From: Ruminococcus albus 7 = DSM 20455
GTDB lineage: Bacteria > Bacillota > Clostridia > Oscillospirales > Ruminococcaceae
Length of the DNA stretch: 32,000 nt
Reading direction: 5' to 3'
Assembly (NCBI RefSeq): GCF_000179635.2
Contig: NC_014833.1
Location: forward strand, 660,001 to 692,000
The notes beneath the pieces are model-generated. The model was not told where the DNA came from. It worked only from the letters and a program-made list of their open reading frames with translations, and did no database searches. A program made the translations under genes and the position numbers. Below are positions 8,136 to 17,602 of this stretch, piece by piece (positions within the stretch are counted from its first letter, which is position 1; the number at the start of each line of letters is the position of its first letter).

Positions 8136-9812
8136 TTACGGCAGAAGCTTTTTCACGGGCAGCGAAAGGATATCCCTCATATCATAGGTGAGAATCTCCT
8201 TTTTGTCGTCACGGAGTATCTGCAGTACGAGTTCCTTTCTGTTGAGCTCGGCGGATATCACCTTGCAGCCAGAAAGTGCGATCGCATCCTGATACATCTT
8301 TTTCTGCTCATCGCCGTAGTCTTTGGCATTGTCAGAAGTGAACCATACACTGCCTGTAAGAGCATTTATCTCCGCGAGACAGCGCCGCTGTGCCGCGGTC
8401 ATGGTGTTTTCGGTATCGCGAAGAAGATATACATCCGGGTCACAGCCGAAGGCTCTGCCATTCAGCTGTCTTCTGAAGACCGAGTTGAGTATGCAGTTCA
8501 TTGTGCTGGGACGTTCGCGGTGCATCAGCTTCATATATGGCTTGTCGTCCCAGTCAAGGCTGACATCGCAGCCCACACGACAGTACTCAACTTTGCCGAA
8601 TACAGATGCGAGAGGCACGCCGCAGCCAAGTATAGCCGTATCACCTGCCAGTTCACGAAGAAGGTCTATTGCATCTGCCATTATCATGCCGCGGGTCTTG
8701 TCCCTGCGGGGAACTATGCAGGCGGCATAGAGAAAGTCCAGTTTCAGCAGTCTGCCAAAGCCCCATTTGTTTATAATAGTATCAAAAACTTCTTTCAGAT
8801 AAGCGCGGAATCCCTCATTGTAGATATCCAGCGCATAGAATCCTGACCAGTTGCTTCCTCCTTTTACGACTCTGCCGTTCTTGTCTTTCAACAGCCAGTC
8901 CTTGTGACTTTTGAAAAGTTCTGATTTCTCCTCGCATACGAAAGGTGCCAGCCATATCCCGGCTTTGCCTTTACCGAGTTCAGCTATCCTGTCGGTCACA
9001 GCTTTCAGACCGCTCGGGAACTTTTTTTCATCAATGCTCAGCCAGTCACCCACGGCAGTCTGCCAGCCGTCATCTATCTGGAAAATATCATCTTCACCGA
9101 TGTCGCTCTGTTCAAGGTCTTTTATGAGTATCTCCTCGCTGATATCCTGATAATGTCTGTACCAGCTGGTATAGCCGTGTATTTTTGGGATATCACGCTT
9201 TGGTATATCCATCAGCTCAAACCATCTGTCGAAGACTTCTTCTTCACTGCCGCTTCCGATGTAAAGCTTCAGACCTTCAAAATGATCCTCGATATGCAGC
9301 TCACTGCATTCCTTGAAAGCAAGGACACGTCCGAAGCCGCAGTCGGTGCGTATAGTTGTAAAGCCGCTGTTTTCATTCAGCGAACCTATAAAGTCATACA
9401 TATCATAGCTGCGTATATACCCGTAGGTAAAGCCATGCATAACGCCTTTTTTGGAACTGTATCTTGTGAAAGTGTAGTCACCGTACTGCGAGAAGGCGTA
9501 TTTGTCGGCTATGGGCTTGGGGATATGGTCAACACTCCGAAGCCTGCCGTTTATCGGATGTTCAACACTGTCTGTCCATGACTGATAACCATTCAGGTAT
9601 ACGCGGCTGACACTTTTGAATTCGTACTCAAATTCTGCTGACAGCCTGAGAAGCTCTATGGGTGTTGCCGAGGAAACGGATGCTGAGATGACCCCGTCCT
9701 TGTTGGTGACCGTCAGCTTTACGCGCTGATTTTCCACTGTCTTGTCAGTGGTTACGGAATACACCTTTCCGCCTGTGATGTAGGCGAATTTTATATGTCT
9801 GAACCTGAGCAT
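8136..9812 (-). CDS. Alpha-galactosidase-like glycoside hydrolase (clan GH-D, GH36-like)
   Basis: IFQIDDGWQ resembles the (F/L)xxDDGW motif. KLDFLYAA is a candidate KxD nucleophile. CRVGCDV is a candidate RxGxD acid/base. It is adjacent to a GPH sugar symporter. An AAGGAGG RBS lies in the 3' end of the upstream gene. Confidence 0.65.
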   Translation of the reverse strand: MLRFRHIKFAYITGGKVYSVTTDKTVENQRVKLTVTNKDGVISASVSSATPIELLRLSAEFEYEFKSVSRVYLNGYQSWTDSVEHPINGRLRSVDHIPKPIADKYAFSQYGDYTFTRYSSKKGVMHGFTYGYIRSYDMYDFIGSLNENSGFTTIRTDCGFGRVLAFKECSELHIEDHFEGLKLYIGSGSEEEVFDRWFELMDIPKRDIPKIHGYTSWYRHYQDISEEILIKDLEQSDIGEDDIFQIDDGWQTAVGDWLSIDEKKFPSGLKAVTDRIAELGKGKAGIWLAPFVCEEKSELFKSHKDWLLKDKNGRVVKGGSNWSGFYALDIYNEGFRAYLKEVFDTIINKWGFGRLLKLDFLYAACIVPRRDKTRGMIMADAIDLLRELAGDTAILGCGVPLASVFGKVEYCRVGCDVSLDWDDKPYMKLMHRERPSTMNCILNSVFRRQLNGRAFGCDPDVYLLRDTENTMTAAQRRCLAEINALTGSVWFTSDNAKDYGDEQKKMYQDAIALSGCKVISAELNRKELVLQILRDDKKEILTYDMRDILSLPVKKLLP

Positions 9813-9814
9813 GG

Positions 9815-11203
9815 TCAGTCCTCCTTATTCGCACTTTCAAGCTTAGCTATAATGTCCTTTTCGTTGTAACGGAAGAATATAAATCCACCGATAAGACAAA
9901 GCACAGTAGCCAGTATCGCAGTGATCCTCAGACCGAGACCGTAACCGCTCTCGCCCGAGGGTACGTCCGAATTGATGGTCTTTATACTGGTGAACAGCAG
10001 CATAGCCAGCGACTGTCCCATTTTGAAGGCGAAAGTTCTTGCCGCGTAGAACATACCCTGACGGCTCTCACCTGTTTCTATCTTGTCAGCCTCGGATATA
10101 TCAGCTACCACTGCCTGCGGAAGTATGCCGAGTATTGCCATAGGTATAGCTGCCAGTGCTGCTATGATGAATCCGTAAGCCACACCCGGTATGGGCAGTA
10201 TGCCTGCCAGTGCAGTTACAAGGAAAGTCACGGAGAAGAACATGAAAGCGAAAGCGATAAGTTTCTTCTTGCCCATCTTCTTGGCGAAGATATTAACGGG
10301 CGCATAGCACAGCAGCGAGAAGAAAGTCATAGCCGCAAACATGGGGAATGCCCATGTATCTTTAAGTCCCAGCAGAGTAGTGATGTAGAAGGGGAGTCCT
10401 GTCTGGAACATTGTAAGTCCTATCCAGTAGAATATATCCGAAGCCACAAAGGTACGGAAATCGCCGTTTTTAAAAGTTGCCATCAGAGATGAGAAAGCTG
10501 TGCCCTCGGTAGGGGTGGTGTCGGCATAGGTATTCTCGTCTATCAGGAAAGCGGGTACCAGCATACACACAACGGCTATGGCTGAAAGGATGCCCACCGT
10601 CAGCCTGAAGCTGTTTGTGTAGCCCATAGACCCCGAGAATATCCCTGCGATGTTCGGTACAAGATAAGATATGCCCGAACCGAAGAAGTAAGTCACGGAA
10701 ATATAGGTGGAAAGATTTATCCTCGTTTCCTGTGTTCTGCCAAGTTCGGGGATAAGTGCGTTGTAGGGTGTGCAGTAAGCAGTCATACACAGGTAGAACA
10801 GCATACAGAACAAAAACAGCAGTCCGAAATTGCCATAGCTTTCACCCTTGAAGGGCAGAGTGAATATCAGCACTGTCATTACTCCGAATGGTATCGCTGC
10901 AACTCTCATAAAGGGTATGCGTCTGCCGAGACGATGCTTGAAGCTGTCGGATTTTCCTGCGATATACGGGTCTGTCACTGCATCGAATATACGTCCTGCA
11001 GCGGCTATAACTCCCATTGCCGTCAGAAGTCCAAGTACTATCCTGCCCTGGGGTGTAAAGTAGCTGTGACCCTCTGGAAGTTTATCGGGTTCGTAGAATT
11101 TTACCATCCAGTTTGTGATTATGCCTGCCAGAGTTGACCAACCCAGCTGACCTATTGCAAATATCCATAGTATCTTGTTTGAAGCTATCTTTTTGTTATC
11201 CAT
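9815..11203 (-). CDS. Glycoside-pentoside-hexuronide (GPH)/MFS cation symporter, MelB-like
   Basis: 12-TM profile. GPH-like N-terminus ILWIFAIGQLGWSTLAGIITNWMVKFYEP, plus DAVTDPYIAGKSD. AAGGGGGTG RBS. Confidence 0.8.
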   Translation of the reverse strand: MDNKKIASNKILWIFAIGQLGWSTLAGIITNWMVKFYEPDKLPEGHSYFTPQGRIVLGLLTAMGVIAAAGRIFDAVTDPYIAGKSDSFKHRLGRRIPFMRVAAIPFGVMTVLIFTLPFKGESYGNFGLLFLFCMLFYLCMTAYCTPYNALIPELGRTQETRINLSTYISVTYFFGSGISYLVPNIAGIFSGSMGYTNSFRLTVGILSAIAVVCMLVPAFLIDENTYADTTPTEGTAFSSLMATFKNGDFRTFVASDIFYWIGLTMFQTGLPFYITTLLGLKDTWAFPMFAAMTFFSLLCYAPVNIFAKKMGKKKLIAFAFMFFSVTFLVTALAGILPIPGVAYGFIIAALAAIPMAILGILPQAVVADISEADKIETGESRQGMFYAARTFAFKMGQSLAMLLFTSIKTINSDVPSGESGYGLGLRITAILATVLCLIGGFIFFRYNEKDIIAKLESANKED

Positions 11204-11242
11204 ATCCGCACCCCCTTGTGGGAATATTCTTTATCTCATCTA

Positions 11243-11899
11243 TTATGCTCTTAGATAGCTGACACCCGAGTCTATCAGTATCTGCAGCTCTTTGACAGCG
11301 TATGCACGGTTATCCGATGGAAGTATCTCTCTGCCGACAAATTTCTTACACAGCTCAAGAAGTGCATGGGCGTATGTCAGGTAAAACAGCTTGAAACTTT
11401 CTATCCTGCGTACAGTACCGTCTTTAAGACCCTTTTCGTAAGCGCGTACCAGTACGGGATAGAAGTTTATTATAGCCTGCTCGTATTTAACAAGCTCTTC
11501 CTTGGGTATCTGTTCACGCACTATATAATTGTCAAATTCTCCCAGTAAACGCATGAAATCGCTGTGTGCCTCATATAGCACTATGAACATACGCATAAGG
11601 TCATTTATCTGCTTTATGCCGGGCTGCTGCATGAATTCCCTTGTATCGAACACTCCTGCAAAAAGCTCGTTTATCTCCTCCCAGAGATATGTCATCACTT
11701 CTGTTACCATATGGGGCTTAGTGCCGAAGTAACGGTATAGAGTAGCCACACCGACACCGCTTGCATCTGCTATGTCTGTCATCTTGATCTCCTCGATGCC
11801 GTGTTTGAGAAAAAGCTGCGAGGCTGTGATGACTGCACGGTCGGTGCGCTGAAGTTTTAAACTTTTTCTGGAAAGATCTGAATATATCTCATTACCCAC
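11243..11899 (-). CDS. TetR/AcrR-family transcriptional regulator
   Basis: N-terminal HTH MTDIADASGVGVATLYRYFGTKPHMV. 218 aa. GTG start 8 nt after AGGAGG. Confidence 0.85.
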   Translation of the reverse strand: MGNEIYSDLSRKSLKLQRTDRAVITASQLFLKHGIEEIKMTDIADASGVGVATLYRYFGTKPHMVTEVMTYLWEEINELFAGVFDTREFMQQPGIKQINDLMRMFIVLYEAHSDFMRLLGEFDNYIVREQIPKEELVKYEQAIINFYPVLVRAYEKGLKDGTVRRIESFKLFYLTYAHALLELCKKFVGREILPSDNRAYAVKELQILIDSGVSYLRA

Positions 11900-11928
11900 T
11901 TGACAAACCTCCTAAAATATGATAGACT
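11900..11928 (+). promoter_or_regulatory. Putative promoter for the divergent GT-B-like gene
   Basis: TTGACA (11900-11905), a 17-nt spacer, then TAGACT (11923-11928). The -10 lies inside the left operator. Confidence 0.4.
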
Positions 11929-11956
11929 ATCTATCAACTGATAGTTAGTCTATCAT
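11919..11956. promoter_or_regulatory. Tandem palindromic operators TGATAG-N5-CTATCA x2 (likely TetR-family binding sites)
   Basis: The arms ATGATAGACTATCTATCA and TGATAGTTAGTCTATCAT match in 17 of 18 positions as an inverted repeat, with a 2-nt centre. Each arm is itself a TGATAG-N5-CTATCA palindrome. The central CTATCA-ac-TGATAG resembles tetO. Confidence 0.6.
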
Positions 11957-11975
11957 ATAAATGGTCATTTGTCAA
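11947..11975 (-). promoter_or_regulatory. Putative promoter for the tetR-GPH-alpha-galactosidase operon
   Basis: On the minus strand: TTGACA (11975..11970), a 17-nt spacer, then TAGACT (11952..11947). It mirrors the plus-strand promoter, and its -10 lies inside the right operator. Confidence 0.4.
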
Positions 11976-12057
11976 GAGTTTTTTGATAATATTAAAAGTT
12001 ACGACACAATTTTTAGCATCAGACACAAAGGGTTCAGGATACAATGGAGGTACAGAT

Positions 12058-13512
12058 ATGGAAAGATCAAAGGTAATATTCGGTAATAAGATGTCAGATT
12101 CAGCTTACAGGAAGGCAGTGAAGGGGAAGGAGAAGTTCATTAAAAAGTACGGCAGTGATATGGACAGGGTATACCACCTGAGTGCTGCCCCCGCACCTGC
12201 AATAGGCGATATCCTCGGGGTGCAGGAACTGAAGATATCGGGAAAAACAGGTGTTACATTCAATGACAGGAGCCTTGTGATCGGAAATATACGCATGGGC
12301 TTCGGGCACTACCGCATATCTATGGCGATAGCATCTGCGGCAAGATCTATGGGGTATGATCCCTATTGGTTCGATCTGTGCTCATTCAGCGATACCACCT
12401 GCGGCAAGATCATAGCAGGTCAGAATCAGCTGTATTCACTGGGCTCGCGTATATCTCAGAAGTCTGCGCTGTTCAACAAGCTTGTATGGGAGCCTCTCAA
12501 CAGCGAGGGATTCCGTCAGCTGACCTACAACTGCTCCGACCAGAAGACTGCGGAGCTCATGACCCCTGTGTTCCGAGATCTTCCGAAGGATATACCCTAT
12601 GTTGCCACACACGTATGGCCGTCACAGGCGGCAGTTCATGCAGGGCTGACCCATGTTGTCAATGCTGTTCCCGATAACTGGCCTATGGCGCTGCATTTGT
12701 CGGAGGGTGCTGTACATACTGTACAGACTCCGTCATCCTATCTTGGTTATCGTGCTCTCCGCGGCATGGACAAGCACCGCTTGTTGAAGCCCATGCCAAA
12801 GGATTCCATAGTGTATACCGGTCATTATATCGACCATGAGCTGGTTAGCAATATTGAGTACGATTGTGCAAAGCGTATCGAGAGGGTGCGAAACGGAAAA
12901 GCCGTCCGCTGGATGATGTCAGTCGGCGGTGCGGGCGCACAGAAGGATATATTCGTTTCACTGATACGCAGGATGCTCCCCGAGATAAAAAAAGGAAAGG
13001 CAGTGCTTTTCATAAACGTTGGGGATCACAAAAAAGTCTGGGAGCAGCTAAGGACCGAGCTGCCGCATATTGCTGAGTATGTTACCGAGCATATAGATGA
13101 TCTTACGGAAACAGCAAGGTTTGCGGCTGATGCAATAGACGGTGAGGTGAGCGGTATACACGTTTTCTGTCACAGCGATATATTTGCGGCGGTATACTCC
13201 ACCAACCTGCTAATGCGCTGCTCTGATGTGCTTATCACCAAGCCCAGCGAGCTTGCATTCTATCCCATACCCAAACTGATGATAAAGCGGGTGGGCGGTC
13301 ACGAAGCCTGGGGCGCTGTGCGTGCAGCGGAGGTCGGTGACGGTACCTATGAATGCACTTCTACCTCAGAGATCTGCGGAATGATGAAGCTTATACAGCA
13401 TAACGGTGATATCATTGAAAAGATGTGTGGGAATATCATGACCGCTAAGAATGCAGGTATATATGACGGTGCATATAAGGTGGTCAGACTGGCAGTTCTT
13501 GGCAATAAATAG
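12058..13512 (+). CDS. Uncharacterised GT-B-fold-like protein (weak resemblance to the MGDG-synthase/UgtP GT28 family)
   Basis: The ATG at 12058 follows GGAGG, whereas the track's TTG at 11983 has no RBS. GNIRMGFGHYRISMAIASAA resembles the G-x-G-H loop of GT28 enzymes. SVGGAGAQ and ITKPSELAFYP resemble the C-terminal nucleotide-sugar binding half. The function call is tentative. Confidence 0.55.
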   Translation: MERSKVIFGNKMSDSAYRKAVKGKEKFIKKYGSDMDRVYHLSAAPAPAIGDILGVQELKISGKTGVTFNDRSLVIGNIRMGFGHYRISMAIASAARSMGYDPYWFDLCSFSDTTCGKIIAGQNQLYSLGSRISQKSALFNKLVWEPLNSEGFRQLTYNCSDQKTAELMTPVFRDLPKDIPYVATHVWPSQAAVHAGLTHVVNAVPDNWPMALHLSEGAVHTVQTPSSYLGYRALRGMDKHRLLKPMPKDSIVYTGHYIDHELVSNIEYDCAKRIERVRNGKAVRWMMSVGGAGAQKDIFVSLIRRMLPEIKKGKAVLFINVGDHKKVWEQLRTELPHIAEYVTEHIDDLTETARFAADAIDGEVSGIHVFCHSDIFAAVYSTNLLMRCSDVLITKPSELAFYPIPKLMIKRVGGHEAWGAVRAAEVGDGTYECTSTSEICGMMKLIQHNGDIIEKMCGNIMTAKNAGIYDGAYKVVRLAVLGNK

Positions 13513-13713
13513 TAATTCACTATATATTATGTTAATATATAATGAACAAATAACTAAAAAATATCAGTACTTGCTGCCATTTACAGCTTTCGACTTGATT
13601 TTTTACGAGGGGTATGTTAAAATAATCAAGTATAGGTTATGTAAAATGATAACGCTGCATTAAATATACTGCAGATATTGTCTTGCAGATGCAGCGGAAA
13701 CAGTGAGGAAGAT

Positions 13714-14769
13714 ATGATCGAAAACAATAACAGGGATGTTCCCGGCGAGGAGCAGACTGTTAATAACAATGTACCTGTCATAGACTACGATCTGTCCAGG
13801 TATGAACTGACTCCCGAAGAAAAAGCCTACGAAGAAATGATAAGGCAGCGTATCAGGGACAGAAGGCGTGCAGCTGAGCGCAGACGCATCAAGCGAAACC
13901 GTACCGTTCTGCTGATAATAGTTGTTGTGATATTGTTTATCGTATGCAGAGGCTGCTACGCATCACACAGAAAAAAGCGTGATGAACAGAAGGCAAATGC
14001 CAAGACGACGGAGAGCAGAGCTGAGATCCCGGCAAAGAAGACCGAAGATGAGGAAAGCTCCGTGGAGGAGCAGCAGGAAGTAGGTCACAAGATACAGCAG
14101 GTGGATGGTCTTACTTATGTGGACGGTATACTTATCGTAAACAAGACCTATTCTCTGCCGCAGGATTATGCACCCGGCATAAACTCCGCGGCACAGGCTG
14201 CATTTGATGATATGGCAGCGGCTGCTGTCAATGACGGACTGTATCTTTATGTCAATTCGGGATACCGCAGCTATGATGAGCAGTATATGCTGTATTATAA
14301 CTATGCCCTGGAAAGAGGTGTGGCTGAGGCGGACAGAGTTTCTTCACGTCCGGGACATTCTGAGCATCAGTCAGGCTTGTGCTTTGATGTGAATTCTACG
14401 GATTTTTCTTTCAACGGTACCGCCGAGGCGAGATGGATAGCAGCAAACTGCGCGGATTACGGTTTCATCATACGCTTCCCGAAGGGAAAAGAAGATATCA
14501 CCGGGTATGAGTATGAGTCATGGCACATAAGGTATGTGGGCGTTGATATCGCAAAGGATATGACCTCAAAGGGATTGTGTCTGGAGGAATACCTGGGTGT
14601 GACATCGAACTATGACGATGCAGCTGACGGGATATCCCAGCAGGACTATGCTGCACAGCTGGGTGTAACAGTAGATGCCCCCGACGGCAGCAGCGATAGT
14701 GATGAGAGCAGTGATGATCAGGGCGGATATGATGATACCGTCTATGACGATCAGGGCTACGGATACTGA
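13714..14769 (+). CDS. VanY-type D-alanyl-D-alanine carboxypeptidase (peptidase M15B), membrane-anchored
   Basis: Motifs SGYRSY, RPGHSEHQSGLCFD and ESWHIRYVG. It has an Arg-rich cytoplasmic N-terminus, one TM helix (VLLIIVVVILFIV) and an acidic low-complexity C-terminal tail. The ATG at 13714 follows GAGGAAG. Confidence 0.85.
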   Translation: MIENNNRDVPGEEQTVNNNVPVIDYDLSRYELTPEEKAYEEMIRQRIRDRRRAAERRRIKRNRTVLLIIVVVILFIVCRGCYASHRKKRDEQKANAKTTESRAEIPAKKTEDEESSVEEQQEVGHKIQQVDGLTYVDGILIVNKTYSLPQDYAPGINSAAQAAFDDMAAAAVNDGLYLYVNSGYRSYDEQYMLYYNYALERGVAEADRVSSRPGHSEHQSGLCFDVNSTDFSFNGTAEARWIAANCADYGFIIRFPKGKEDITGYEYESWHIRYVGVDIAKDMTSKGLCLEEYLGVTSNYDDAADGISQQDYAAQLGVTVDAPDGSSDSDESSDDQGGYDDTVYDDQGYGY

Positions 14770-14777
14770 CAGCTTTT

Positions 14778-14807
14778 CGCCTCTGCATAACTGCGGGGGC
14801 GATTTTT
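14778..14807 (+). terminator. Rho-independent terminator after the VanY-like gene
   Basis: CGCCTCTGCA-taac-TGCGGGGGCG forms 10 bp including two G-U pairs. It is followed by ATTTTT. Confidence 0.55.
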
Positions 14808-14829
14808 AAACAGATGGCAGGGGTATATT

Positions 14830-15318
14830 ATGAAGAAAAAGTTTACCTTCAAAAGCGCATATTATTTTACCATTGCTATGGTTGGTGCCGCAGCAGTGGT
14901 GCTTTTGCCTGTCATTGCGGCTGTATCAATGGGTTCTACGGTGACGGGACTGATAGTGCTTGTATTTGCACTTGCACTGCATATATCCTCACTGCATCTG
15001 GCGGCGTGTGTCCCATGCAGTATAAGTGCGGATGACAATGAACTGCGCGTCAGGGTGCTGTTCAGAAAATATGTTTTTCCGTATCAGGATATAGAGAGTG
15101 TCGCAGTCGGTCATGAGTTTGTGGAAACGCTTATGCTGAGGGAAGTTCCGTATTATATCGAAACGCTGACGATAACCGCAAAGTCGGGTACATACAGCTT
15201 TATGAGCAAGACCCGTGCTTCAATGCAGGAGGACGGCAGACCTCACCCCTTCGAGGACGGCAGATTACAGGAGATAAGGAACTATATCGTACCGCGGATC
15301 AATGGCGGCGAAAAGTAA
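14830..15318 (+). CDS. Small membrane protein (two N-terminal TM helices plus a soluble C-terminal domain), unknown function
   Basis: The N-terminus MKKKFTFKSAYYFTIAMVGAAAVVLLPVIAAV...LIVLVFALALHISSL is hydrophobic. A GGCAGGGG RBS-like element lies upstream. No catalytic motifs were recognised. Confidence 0.6.
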   Translation: MKKKFTFKSAYYFTIAMVGAAAVVLLPVIAAVSMGSTVTGLIVLVFALALHISSLHLAACVPCSISADDNELRVRVLFRKYVFPYQDIESVAVGHEFVETLMLREVPYYIETLTITAKSGTYSFMSKTRASMQEDGRPHPFEDGRLQEIRNYIVPRINGGEK

Positions 15319-15430
15319 AATTTATTCCGTTTACAATGATCGGTCACTCAGAATACACATTGTGGTATTAATATGACAAGTGGCAATTATTTCCGCGTCA
15401 GGCGGAATTATGAAAAGGAGCTGAAAACTG

Positions 15431-16105
15431 ATGGCAAAGATACTGGCAGTGGACGATGAGGCGAAGATACGCACTATCATCAGGGAATATGCTGAGTTTG
15501 AGGGCTACGAGGTAGCTGAAGCGGCAGACGGCATGGAGGCTGTTGAAATGGTCAAGAACGACGATTTCGATATCATCGTAATGGATATCATGATGCCCAG
15601 ACTCGATGGATATTCTGCCTGCAAGGAGATACAGAAGATCAAGAAGATACCCGTGATAATGCTTTCAGCAAGGGGAGAGGAATACGATAAGCTTTTCGGC
15701 TTTGAGATAGGTATAGACGATTATATGGTCAAGCCCTTTTCACCAAAGGAGCTCATGGCGAGAGTAAGGGCTGTTCTCAACCGCGCAAAGGCTTCGGGCA
15801 ATACCGAGGATATCATAAAGTATCAGGGTCTGGAGATAAACTTTACCGCAAGGGAAGTAAAGATCGACGGTGAAAAGGTATCCATGACACCAAAGGAGTA
15901 CGATCTGCTGTTCTATCTTGTGAGAAATATGAATATCGCTCTTTCAAGAGAGAAGCTGCTGGAAGAAGTTTGGGGCTTTGATTTCTACGGTGATGACAGA
16001 ACGATAGATACTCACATAAAGATGCTGCGAAACTCTCTGGGACCGTACCGCAACCTTATAGTCACCCTCAGAGGAATGGGGTATAAGTTTGAAAAGATCC
16101 AGTAA
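15431..16105 (+). CDS. OmpR/PhoB-family response regulator
   Basis: Receiver domain with ILAVDDE and the phospho-acceptor context IIVMDIMMP. C-terminal winged helix TIDTHIKMLRNSL...LRGMGYKF. AAAGGAG RBS. Confidence 0.9.
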   Translation: MAKILAVDDEAKIRTIIREYAEFEGYEVAEAADGMEAVEMVKNDDFDIIVMDIMMPRLDGYSACKEIQKIKKIPVIMLSARGEEYDKLFGFEIGIDDYMVKPFSPKELMARVRAVLNRAKASGNTEDIIKYQGLEINFTAREVKIDGEKVSMTPKEYDLLFYLVRNMNIALSREKLLEEVWGFDFYGDDRTIDTHIKMLRNSLGPYRNLIVTLRGMGYKFEKIQ

Positions 16106-17558
16106 GAAGCGCAGAGGCTTCCGCAGGGGAGTGTCTGATATCGCAAAGGGCAAGCGCAGTATGCAGACCTATGTCTGGATATATTTTGTGCTTTTTGCTA
16201 TACTCATACTTGTGGTTTTATGGCTGGGACAGTACGTATTTTTGTACAATTACTATAAATCTGCTAAGGTGAACAATATAAGCCACGAGGCAAACCGTAT
16301 CATACAGGCATACGGTACTGAGGAGCAGGGTCACGTTAACAGGACGGTCGCATACGAAAACAGTATGTGTATAGTCATAACCGATGCAGACGGAAATCCC
16401 CTGACCTCGGAGAACAATCTGGGATCCTATTCAAAGCTTTACGACGATATCGAGCATAACTATTCGATGTATATCTATGAGCTTAAAAGCGATCTTGAAA
16501 AGCAGGATGATAACTGCTATACTGTCACCTTTGACAATGATGATCTCCATGTTAAGGAGATGATATACTGCGCAAAGGTCTATACTGACGATTCACCTGT
16601 GCAGGCATACCTGTTCATCGAATCAACTATCGAACCTATAGATTCAACAGTCAAGATCATCAGGGAACAGCTTGTGTTCATTTCCATAATACTGTTCGAG
16701 CTTGCGATAATCGTGGGTACCCTTGCGGCTATGAGGCTGTCGCGCCCCATAGTCAGCATAACCAAAACTGCAAAACAGTTCGGTGAGGGTGACTTCGATG
16801 TTAAATTCAGGGGCAAGGGCTACAAGGAAACCGAAAAACTTGCAGAGGTACTTAACGATGCCAAAAATGAGATACGCAAGGTAAGTGACCTCAGAAAAGA
16901 CCTTATAGCAAATATCTCCCATGATCTGCGCACACCCCTTACAATGGTTAAAGCCTATGCCGAGATGATACGTGATCTTTCAGGCGATAACCCTGTAAAA
17001 AGGGCTGAACACGTTCAGGTCATAATAGACGAGGCGGACAGACTGTCGAACCTTGTTAACAATCTGCTGGAACTCTCAAAGCTGGAAAGCGGCAATATGG
17101 AGCTCAACAGACGCAAGTTCTCTATTGTCGATAAGATCAATGACTACATGACAAGATATCAGCTGGTCATCGAACAGAACGGCTATGATATGAAGTATGA
17201 ACCCGATGAGGACAGGCAGGTGGATGCTGATCCCGATAAGCTTGATCAGGTGATATATAACTTCATAAACAATGCCATAAACTATACGGGCGATAACAAG
17301 GTCATCCGCATCAAACAGATAAATACCGAGAAGTCGGTTCGCATTGAAGTATCCGATAACGGCAAGGGTATCGCCAAGGAACTTCTTCCTAAGGTGTTCG
17401 ACAGATACTACCGTGATGCCAAGATAAAAAGGGATGTTGTCGGTACAGGACTCGGTCTTGCTATATGCAAGGAGATACTGAAGTGTCACGATTTTCCATT
17501 CGGCGTTCGTTCAGAAGAAGGCAAAGGCTCCACCTTCTGGTTCGAGATACCGCTATGA
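16089..17558 (+). CDS. Sensor histidine kinase (HisKA + HATPase_c)
   Basis: H-box SHDLRTPLT. N-box YNFINNAINY. G1 SDNGKGI. G2 GTGLGLAICK. Two TM helices flank an extracellular loop of ~140 aa. The TTG start overlaps the regulator gene. An alternative ATG exists at 16161. Confidence 0.9.
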   Translation: MKRSSKKRRGFRRGVSDIAKGKRSMQTYVWIYFVLFAILILVVLWLGQYVFLYNYYKSAKVNNISHEANRIIQAYGTEEQGHVNRTVAYENSMCIVITDADGNPLTSENNLGSYSKLYDDIEHNYSMYIYELKSDLEKQDDNCYTVTFDNDDLHVKEMIYCAKVYTDDSPVQAYLFIESTIEPIDSTVKIIREQLVFISIILFELAIIVGTLAAMRLSRPIVSITKTAKQFGEGDFDVKFRGKGYKETEKLAEVLNDAKNEIRKVSDLRKDLIANISHDLRTPLTMVKAYAEMIRDLSGDNPVKRAEHVQVIIDEADRLSNLVNNLLELSKLESGNMELNRRKFSIVDKINDYMTRYQLVIEQNGYDMKYEPDEDRQVDADPDKLDQVIYNFINNAINYTGDNKVIRIKQINTEKSVRIEVSDNGKGIAKELLPKVFDRYYRDAKIKRDVVGTGLGLAICKEILKCHDFPFGVRSEEGKGSTFWFEIPL

Positions 17559-17602
17559 TCGTTATATGATATCGCTCGGAAGTATGATCTGAAAATAATT
17601 TG

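Noticed and set aside
8133-8846. 237-aa plus-strand ORF
   Set aside because: It lies entirely antisense to the alpha-galactosidase-like gene, which has clear family motifs and an RBS. The ORF has no RBS and a biased composition.
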